From a bacterium (GTDB taxonomy: Bacteria > Sysuimicrobiota > Sysuimicrobiia > Sysuimicrobiales > Kaftiobacteriaceae): a stretch of 15,656 bases of DNA. The translations under genes were made by a program, and so were the position numbers. Shown here one piece after another: positions 7,998 through 14,442 of this stretch (the first letter of the stretch is position 1; every line of letters begins with the position of its first letter). The stretch spans positions 1-15,656 of the forward strand of contig JBIOWP010000142.1 in NCBI GenBank assembly GCA_044868695.1, given 5' to 3'. The notes beneath the pieces are model-generated. The model was given only the letters and a program-made list of their open reading frames with translations. It was not told the DNA's origin and did not search any database.

Positions 7998-8903
7998 CTA
8001 GCCCCCGACCTTGGCGGGCGTCTTCGGCTCGTAGCGGGTGAAGGCGTCGCGCCCCTCGGGCGGGTACGGGATGAAGGTCACCCCCGTCGGGTTCGCCGGG
8101 TGATCCACGGGGAACGGGGTGTCAAAGCTATCGATCTGGTACCAGACCTCCTCAGGCCCGTGGATCATCGCGTCCTGCCACAGATCGACCTTGGGGCCTC
8201 TCGCCTCCACCTCCCGGATCGCCCCCTCCGAGTCGGCCACGTCGAAGGCGACATGATTGAGCTCCACACGGGTCGTCCCACGCCGCAGGAACTGCGGAAA
8301 GATGCCGCGCCTCCGGCCGATCGGGTCTCTCGGAGCGTCGCTATATCTAACGCTGGAGATGATCTCGCCGCGGCGATCGTGGGTGGAGCGGTGGTCGAGC
8401 CCGAAGGCCGCTTCCAGCCAAGCGAGCACGGGCTCGTGCTCGGGCACATCGGGAGCCACGTGATGGATCCCCCGCCAGAGGCAGGGAAGATCCGGATCGA
8501 CGGGCTCGGCGGCCATCTTCGTCGCCGGATCGTGCAGCGGCGTCGGGCGCGGGGCCGTGTAACTGTCGATCTTGAGGTGGAAGTCGAAGGGTGCGATTAC
8601 GATGTCTTCGCCGTCCACCTCGTAGCCGCGGCGGCGCAGGTCCGCAACCGCGTCGTCGATCGATCCGCCCACGGCCAGCCCGACGTGGCGCAGGCGCCCC
8701 CGAGGGATGAAGGGGCGGTTGTAGAGGATGAGAAACCCGGGGTTCTCGCGCTGATGGTGCGGGGAGCCGACCACCCGGACGTACTCGCCCTTCCAATACC
8801 CGTGCCGAAGTAGCTGCAAACCGAAGGCATCCCGAAGCCATCGCTCCATCCGCGTGGGTGACGACAGCTCAAGCGCTACGTGCGTTATTCCCACCACCCT
8901 CAT
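7998..8903 (-). CDS. Tandem VOC-like protein, paralog B
   Basis: 301 aa from the ATG at 8903 (MRVVGITHVALELSSPTRMERW), with AGGAGG RBS upstream. The start aligns with the paralog at 14431. The upstream part of the 636-aa ORF call is spurious. Confidence 0.8.
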   Translation of the reverse strand: MRVVGITHVALELSSPTRMERWLRDAFGLQLLRHGYWKGEYVRVVGSPHHQRENPGFLILYNRPFIPRGRLRHVGLAVGGSIDDAVADLRRRGYEVDGEDIVIAPFDFHLKIDSYTAPRPTPLHDPATKMAAEPVDPDLPCLWRGIHHVAPDVPEHEPVLAWLEAAFGLDHRSTHDRRGEIISSVRYSDAPRDPIGRRRGIFPQFLRRGTTRVELNHVAFDVADSEGAIREVEARGPKVDLWQDAMIHGPEEVWYQIDSFDTPFPVDHPANPTGVTFIPYPPEGRDAFTRYEPKTPAKVGG

Positions 8904-8958
8904 CGCTGCTGCCCTCCTCTTATTACCTCCGGTCCGCCCAATCTCGCCTGCCACTGGA

Positions 8959-8974
8959 GGTATGATATGATACC
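8959..8974. promoter_or_regulatory. Palindromic operator / internal promoter, site 1
   Basis: GGTATGATATGATACC is 1 mismatch from the palindrome GGTATGATATCATACC. On the minus strand it reads TG-G-TATCAT, resembling an extended -10. It lies in the intergenic gap upstream of paralog B. Confidence 0.6.
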
Positions 8975-9013
8975 AATTCACCCGGCGCGTCCGGACCCCT
9001 TCCCCGCGCGTGC

Positions 9014-9973
9014 TCAGTCCTGCCGGCTCTGCGCGATGATGTCCACCCCCGCATAGCGGCTGAACGCTGCCGTCAACGCGGCAGTGACCGGCCCCGGGAT
9101 GGGCAACAGCACCTGGCCGTTGAGTCGTCTGACCGGCAGCACGGCATAGCTCGTGGCCGTGACGATGGCCTCCTCGGCTTCGACGAGCTGGCTGAGATGC
9201 ACCGGGCGGCGATCGACGGGGATGCCCGTCTTCGGAGCCAGCTGCAGGAGGACGCGGCGGGTCACACCCTCGAGCGCCACCGCGTCCGGCGGGGTGACAA
9301 GGCGGCCGCCCATGACGTACATGATGTTTGCGCCGTCGCTCTCCGTCACGTAGCCCCGTGCATCGACGAGCAGCGGAAGCGCCTCGGGCCGGAGATGCCC
9401 GATCTCCACGTGCGCCAGCGTCATCGCCAGGCGGCTGTGGGTTTTGGCCCGGGGATCGACGCCGCCCTCGGCGGGAATGCGAAGCGTGGGCACCTCGATG
9501 ATCAGGCCTTCCGCGTAATATCGGGCAAAGCGCTCGAACGCGATCGGGCGGCACCCGATGAGCACGGTGGGCGGACCTTCCGGCGGTGCCGCAAACGGCC
9601 CCGGCGTGAGCCCCCGTGTGATGCGGTGCGTGAGGATCACATCGTCGTGCGGACGCAGGAGGTGGCGGTTCCGGTCGAGGACGCCCAGCGTTAGCTCTTC
9701 GAGCTGGCGGCGGGAAAGCCCGGGATCGAGCCGCAGGTACTCGAGCGTGGCGAAGAGCCTGTCGACATGCCAGTCGAGATGGAAAGGCGCATGCCGGTAG
9801 GTGCGCGTGGCCTCGAAGGCGGCATCTCCCAGGATGAACCCCCGGTCCTGCGGCGAGATCCAGACCTCCGATTCCGGGACGAACCGTCCGTTCCAGTACA
9901 CTATCCACGGCGCGGCGTGCGCCGGGGCGCCGGACTGCGGCGCTTCACGTGACGTCACTCGATCCGTGGCCAT
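9014..9973 (-). CDS. PLP-dependent fold-type IV enzyme (branched-chain/D-amino-acid aminotransferase, ADC lyase family)
   Basis: YWNGRFVP, DRGFILGDAAFEATR, HVDRL, catalytic Lys in DPRAKTHSR, TESDGANI, LEGVTR, TATS. The start is ATG 9973 or TTG 9976, with GGAGG upstream. Confidence 0.9.
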   Translation of the reverse strand: MATDRVTSREAPQSGAPAHAAPWIVYWNGRFVPESEVWISPQDRGFILGDAAFEATRTYRHAPFHLDWHVDRLFATLEYLRLDPGLSRRQLEELTLGVLDRNRHLLRPHDDVILTHRITRGLTPGPFAAPPEGPPTVLIGCRPIAFERFARYYAEGLIIEVPTLRIPAEGGVDPRAKTHSRLAMTLAHVEIGHLRPEALPLLVDARGYVTESDGANIMYVMGGRLVTPPDAVALEGVTRRVLLQLAPKTGIPVDRRPVHLSQLVEAEEAIVTATSYAVLPVRRLNGQVLLPIPGPVTAALTAAFSRYAGVDIIAQSRQD

Positions 9974-9997
9974 CAATCGCTCCCCTCCCGCGTGTTG

Positions 9998-10897
9998 TCA
10001 GTGGCCGCGAAGCCGTACGTCCAGCGCATCGCGCAGGCCGTCTCCCACGAGATTGAAGCTCAACACTGTCAGCATGATCACGAATCCGGGGATGAGGGCG
10101 ATCCACGGGGCCAGCTCGAGGTACCCGCGGCCCTCCGCCACCATGACCCCCCATGACGGCGTCGGGGGCCGGATGCCAATGCCCAGGAACGAGAGGCTGG
10201 CTTCGGAGAGCATGGCCGTGGCGATCCGCGTCGTCACGAGAACGATGAGCGACGACGCGAGATTCGGCACGATGTATCGTAGCAGGATCCGGGCCTGGGA
10301 GGCGCCGACTGCTTCCGCGGCCAGGACGTAGTCGCGCTCCCGGATGCCCCGCGTCTCCGCGCGCAGCACCCGCGCGAACATCGGCACGCTCCCCACACCG
10401 ATCGCGACCATCACGTTCGTCAGCCCCGGTCCGAGCACGGCGATGAACGCCAGCGCCAGGAGCAGCAGCGGGACCGCCATGAGCATCTCGATGACGAAGT
10501 TCAGCAGGCGGTCCAGCGCGCCACCGGCGTACCCGGCGACGATCCCCATGGTGCCGCCGACCGCCGTAGCGATAATGACAACAACCACGCCGACGAGCAG
10601 GGAAATCCGCCCGCCCCAGATGACCCGGGAGAGGATGTCCCGTCCGAAGGGATCGGTCCCGAACAGATGGGTCCGAGACGGGGGCGACTCGAAATGCTCG
10701 ATGTCCTGCGCCGCCGGATCATAGGGGGCGACGACCGGCGCGGCCAGGGCGACGGCGATGAACATGGCCACGAAGAGTGCGCCCGCGCCGGAGCTCATCC
10801 GCGTCCACAGGACCGTCCGCCATAGGGCGAAGCGGCGGCGGGGCGCCGCTGCGGTAGCCTCCGCTCGGGGCAGACGGCCGACGCCCGCGTCGCTCAC
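9998..10897 (-). CDS. ABC transporter permease (DppC/OppC-like)
   Basis: HLFGTDPFGRDILSR, DYVLAAEAVGAS, EASLSFLGIG, PSWG, FNLVGDGLRDALD. GTGA overlap with the upstream gene. Confidence 0.95.
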   Translation of the reverse strand: MSDAGVGRLPRAEATAAAPRRRFALWRTVLWTRMSSGAGALFVAMFIAVALAAPVVAPYDPAAQDIEHFESPPSRTHLFGTDPFGRDILSRVIWGGRISLLVGVVVVIIATAVGGTMGIVAGYAGGALDRLLNFVIEMLMAVPLLLLALAFIAVLGPGLTNVMVAIGVGSVPMFARVLRAETRGIRERDYVLAAEAVGASQARILLRYIVPNLASSLIVLVTTRIATAMLSEASLSFLGIGIRPPTPSWGVMVAEGRGYLELAPWIALIPGFVIMLTVLSFNLVGDGLRDALDVRLRGH

Positions 10898-11832
10898 TGG
10901 TAGGAGGTCCGTGGGTCCAGGACAGTCAGTAGGAGATCGGTCAGCAGGTTCACCAGCACGATGGCCGTGCCGAAGACCAGGACCAGGACCTGGGTCAGCT
11001 GGAAGTCGCGGCTGTTGATGGCCGTGATCATCAACCAGCCCAGCCCCCGGCGCGCGAAGACGATCTCGACCACGACGGCCCCGGTCAGGAGATTGGCGAA
11101 CATCGTCCCGGCGGCCGCCGTCACGGGGATGGCCGCGTTTCGCAGGACGTGCTTCACTACGACGATCCGCTCCCTGAGCCCTTTCGCCCGCGCCGTCCGC
11201 ACGTAGTCCTGACCCAGCGTCTCGAGCGTGGCGGAACGTGTAAGCCGGGCGATGAGGGCCGCGAGGCCCAGCCCGACGACGGTGGCGGGCAGGACCAGCT
11301 GCACCAGCCCCGCGCCGGGCTGGGTGCCCCCGAAGATGGGGAACCAGTGCAAGCGGAAGGCGAAGACGTAAAGCAGGATGATGCCGATCCAGAAGGCCGG
11401 CGCGCTCAGCCCCAGCATGGCGCCGGTGAGCGACAGATAGTCCACGATCGTGTTCCGCTTCACCGCCGAGATCAACCCGGCCGGCACGCCGATGAGGACG
11501 GCGATGAACATCCCCGCCAGCCCCAGGTAGACCGTCGGCATGAAGTTCCGGTTGATATCCTCGATCACGGGCTGCTTGGTGCGGTAGGAGGTGCCGAAGT
11601 CCCCCCGCACCGCCTGCCCGACGAACCGCAGGAACTGCTCATAGATCGGACGGTCGAGCCCGAGGTCCTTTCGGATCTGCTCCAGCCGCTCTGGGGGGAC
11701 ATACGCGGCCTGCGTGTCGATGATGGCGTCCACTGGATCGCCCGGCGCGAGGTGCAGCATCAGGAAGACGCCGAGAAGAATCCCCAGCAGCGTCGGGACG
11801 AGCAGGAGCAGGCGATGACCGACGTTGCGCAT
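10894..11832 (-). CDS. ABC transporter permease (DppB/OppB-like)
   Basis: APGDP, LGLDRPIYEQF, GDFGTS, PAFWIG, QDYVRTARAKGL, VEIVF, LDPR. Confidence 0.95.
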   Translation of the reverse strand: MRNVGHRLLLLVPTLLGILLGVFLMLHLAPGDPVDAIIDTQAAYVPPERLEQIRKDLGLDRPIYEQFLRFVGQAVRGDFGTSYRTKQPVIEDINRNFMPTVYLGLAGMFIAVLIGVPAGLISAVKRNTIVDYLSLTGAMLGLSAPAFWIGIILLYVFAFRLHWFPIFGGTQPGAGLVQLVLPATVVGLGLAALIARLTRSATLETLGQDYVRTARAKGLRERIVVVKHVLRNAAIPVTAAAGTMFANLLTGAVVVEIVFARRGLGWLMITAINSRDFQLTQVLVLVFGTAIVLVNLLTDLLLTVLDPRTSYQ

Positions 11833-11854
11833 GCGCTGCCCTCAGCCCGGAAAG

Positions 11855-11889
11855 CCGTCGGCCCTGACCGGCGGCGTCGGGGCCGACGG
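11855..11889 (-). terminator. Intercistronic stem-loop between SBP and permease (partial terminator or mRNA stabiliser)
   Basis: CCGTCGGCCCTGAC (11855-11868) and GTCGGGGCCGACGG (11876-11889) form a 14-bp stem with one mismatch and a 7-nt loop. The mRNA continues CUUU, a weak U tract. Confidence 0.6.
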
Positions 11890-11897
11890 ATCAGGCG

Positions 11898-13439
11898 TTA
11901 GCGCTCGATGTCCATCCGGTAGAATTGCTGCTGCCACCACCCGAGGTTCGGCACCATCCCCTTCACGTAGCTGCGGGCGGCCGTGGCCTGGACGGTCGGG
12001 AACAGCGGCAGCGTGGGGAGGTCCGTGGCCAGCTGCTGCTGGATGCGCTTGAGGATGGCCACCCGCTGCTGCGGATTCGTCTCGCGCGCCTGGGTGTCGA
12101 TGAGCGTGTCAATCCCCCGGTCCCGGTACTGGCTCTGGTTGAGGACGGGGATCTCCCGGCCGTCCAACCGCGCCAGGTGCTGGCCGATCTCGGACTCGGT
12201 GGGATCGCCGGAGGTCAGGTCGAAGTCGCCGGCGCGCTGCCGGGGCCGCAGTGCGGCGCCGTCGAGCAGCTGGAGCTGCAGGTCCACCCCGACCTGCTTC
12301 CACATCGCCTGCACGAACGTCAGGATCGGGGGATGGTAGGCGGTATTGGGCGCGATCGCCGTCACGCGGAACCCATCGGGATATCCGGCCTCCCGCAGCA
12401 GCTGGCGCGCCTTGGCCGGATTGTACTCGTATCTGGGCACATCGCTCGTGAACCCATAGATCGCCGGAGGGATATGGGAGTGCGCGATCTGGCCTAGGAT
12501 GCCGGCCCCAACGCGCAGCATGATCGTCCGTCGGTCGAGGGCGTGTAGCATCGCCCGCCGCACGCGCACGTCGTTGAACGGCTTCCGCGAGTTGTTCAGC
12601 GTGAGTTGGTACACGCTGGCCGCGAACTGATCGTCGGCGTTCACGACAACATTGGGCGTGCGGCGGAGCAGCGCGATGTTCGGGAACTCACGCACGACCA
12701 TCATGTCGAGCTCTCCGGCGCGGAACGCCAGCACGGAGACGCTCTCTTCCAGGATGACCCGCATCTCGACCTCATCGATCTTGGGCCGGCCGCCAAAATA
12801 CTGGTCGTTGGCGACGAGCAGCGCCCCGCCCCGCACCTCGGCCCGGGCCACCCGGTAAGGGCCGGTGCCGATCGGACGGATGCAGTGCGAGCTCCCCCGC
12901 TCCTGGATCGCGCGGCGGTTGACGATGGCCGTGAACGCGGAGTTCGCGATAGTCACCAGGAAGGCCGGGAACGGCTGATCGAGCGTCACCCGGACCGTGC
13001 GCGGGTCGAGGATCTCAATCGACTTCACGCGGCGAAGGTCAGCGGAGCTATTCGCCCGCGTCTCCGGATTCAGCTGGCGTTCCCACGAGTATTTCACGTC
13101 TTCGGCCGTGAACTCCCCGTAGTTCTCGTGCCAGCGCACGCCGGAGCGGAGGTGGAACGTGAATACGGTGTTGTCGGGGCTCACGGTCCAGCGTTCCGCC
13201 AGGTCCGGCTCCACTTCCGAGAGGGACCCGGGCTTCTGCCGTACCAGCCCGTTGTACACGTTCATCGTAAGCTGCCAGTCCGGCAGACGGTTCGAGTAGG
13301 CCGGGTCGATGCAGGACGTCGGGAACGAGACGACCCACACCAGCCGCTTCCGTTCCTGAGCCTGCGCCAGCGGGAGCATTCCGGCCGCGAGCATCACAAC
13401 AAAGAGCCCGACCAGCATCCAGCGCGTCAGCCTACACAT
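11898..13439 (-). CDS. ABC transporter substrate-binding protein, family 5 (DppA/OppA-like)
   Basis: 513 aa from the ATG at 13439, with GGAGGAG RBS. Signal peptide ends AQA-Q. VYNGLV, PDLAERW, FHLRSGVRWH, FTAEDVKYS, PIGTGPY, DVRVRRAMLHALDR. Confidence 0.95.
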   Translation of the reverse strand: MCRLTRWMLVGLFVVMLAAGMLPLAQAQERKRLVWVVSFPTSCIDPAYSNRLPDWQLTMNVYNGLVRQKPGSLSEVEPDLAERWTVSPDNTVFTFHLRSGVRWHENYGEFTAEDVKYSWERQLNPETRANSSADLRRVKSIEILDPRTVRVTLDQPFPAFLVTIANSAFTAIVNRRAIQERGSSHCIRPIGTGPYRVARAEVRGGALLVANDQYFGGRPKIDEVEMRVILEESVSVLAFRAGELDMMVVREFPNIALLRRTPNVVVNADDQFAASVYQLTLNNSRKPFNDVRVRRAMLHALDRRTIMLRVGAGILGQIAHSHIPPAIYGFTSDVPRYEYNPAKARQLLREAGYPDGFRVTAIAPNTAYHPPILTFVQAMWKQVGVDLQLQLLDGAALRPRQRAGDFDLTSGDPTESEIGQHLARLDGREIPVLNQSQYRDRGIDTLIDTQARETNPQQRVAILKRIQQQLATDLPTLPLFPTVQATAARSYVKGMVPNLGWWQQQFYRMDIER

Positions 13440-13488
13440 GTGACCATCTCCTCCACGAGACATTCGTGCCGGTGTCGCTTCAGATTCT

Positions 13489-13504
13489 GTTGTGATATCA
13501 TACC
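13489..13504. promoter_or_regulatory. Palindromic operator / internal promoter, site 2
   Basis: GTTGTGATATCATACC is 2 mismatches from GGTATGATATCATACC. The minus strand contains -10-like TATGAT, about 50-65 nt upstream of the SBP start. Confidence 0.6.
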
Positions 13505-13582
13505 TTCCTCCCCGACAACCCAACCACCTCGAGAAGGTGGGAAAGCAAACCTGTCGCCCCTGCCCCCTAGGTTGGTGCAGAG

Positions 13583-14431
13583 TCAGCGGTTGTGATACGG
13601 CACCAGAGTCTGACCCGCTCGGTTTGCAGGATGATCCACGGGGAACGGTGCAGTGCGGCTGTCGATTTGATACCAGACCTCCTCGGGCCCGTGGATGATG
13701 GCATCCTGCCACAAGTCCACCGCGGCCCCTCGGGCCTCTACAACGCCGATCGCCCGCTCCGCGTCGTCCACCTCGAAGGCGATGTGGTTCAATCCGGTGT
13801 GGAACCGTCCGGGCCGGAGGAAGATCGGCAGAATGCTCATGCGCCGGCCAATGGCGTCCGTCGGCGAGCCGGGATAGTAGATCTGCGAGATGATCTCTCC
13901 GCGCCGGTCGTGATGCCGCTCGTAGGTCATCCCGAAGAGGTCCCGCTGCCAGTCCAGTAGCGCCCGGGGGTCGGCCGCATCGACAGCCACATGATGGATG
14001 GACCGCCACAGGCAGGGCAAATCGTCGTCAACCGGCTCGTCGGCCAGCACCGTCGCCGGATCGCCGACCGGCAGGAGGCGCGGGACCGTGTGGTGATCGA
14101 TCTTCACACGGAGGTCCCCGGGACCCGTGAGCAGGTCCTCCCCGTCCACCTCGTATCCCCGGGAGCGCAGGCCAGCCACGGCCTCCTCGACGGGCTCGTC
14201 CACGCCGACGGCGATGTGGCGGAGCCGGCCCTGGGGAATGAAGGGGTGGTTGTAGAGGTGGAGAAAGCCGCGACGGTCCCGATCGCCAGGCACTCCGACA
14301 ACCCGGACGTACTCGCCCTTCCAGTATCCGTGCCGCAGGAGCTGCAGCCCGAAGACGTCCCGGAGCCAGCGCTCCATCCGGGTCGGCGAGGAGAGCTCGA
14401 GCGCCACGTGCGTGATCCCCTCCACTCGCAT
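13583..14431 (-). CDS. Tandem VOC-like protein, paralog A
   Basis: 282 aa, AGGAGG RBS overlapping the upstream TAG. THVALELSSPTRMERW, RHIAV, HHVAVD, NHIAFEV, DLWQDAIIHGPEEVWYQID. Confidence 0.8.
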   Translation of the reverse strand: MRVEGITHVALELSSPTRMERWLRDVFGLQLLRHGYWKGEYVRVVGVPGDRDRRGFLHLYNHPFIPQGRLRHIAVGVDEPVEEAVAGLRSRGYEVDGEDLLTGPGDLRVKIDHHTVPRLLPVGDPATVLADEPVDDDLPCLWRSIHHVAVDAADPRALLDWQRDLFGMTYERHHDRRGEIISQIYYPGSPTDAIGRRMSILPIFLRPGRFHTGLNHIAFEVDDAERAIGVVEARGAAVDLWQDAIIHGPEEVWYQIDSRTAPFPVDHPANRAGQTLVPYHNR

Positions 14432-14442
14432 GTTGCGGCCTC

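Noticed and set aside
8904..9908. N-terminal extension making a 636-aa ORF (7998-9908)
   Set aside because: It overlaps the aminotransferase in another frame and is Arg/Pro/Gly-rich. Paralog alignment and the RBS place the start at 8903.
13524..13540. CCACCT-CGAGA-AGGTGG hairpin after VOC paralog A
   Set aside because: Only a 6-bp stem without a convincing U tract. Too weak to call a terminator.
13440..14009. N-terminal extension making a 703-aa SBP
   Set aside because: It overlaps VOC paralog A. The signal peptide and strong RBS place the start at 13439.
7256..14323. Dispersed 23-26 nt direct repeats as CRISPR, DGR or mobile-element repeats
   Set aside because: They lie in equivalent codons of the three paralogous genes. 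There is no regular spacing, no adenine-specific variation noticed, and no cas, RT or transposase gene.
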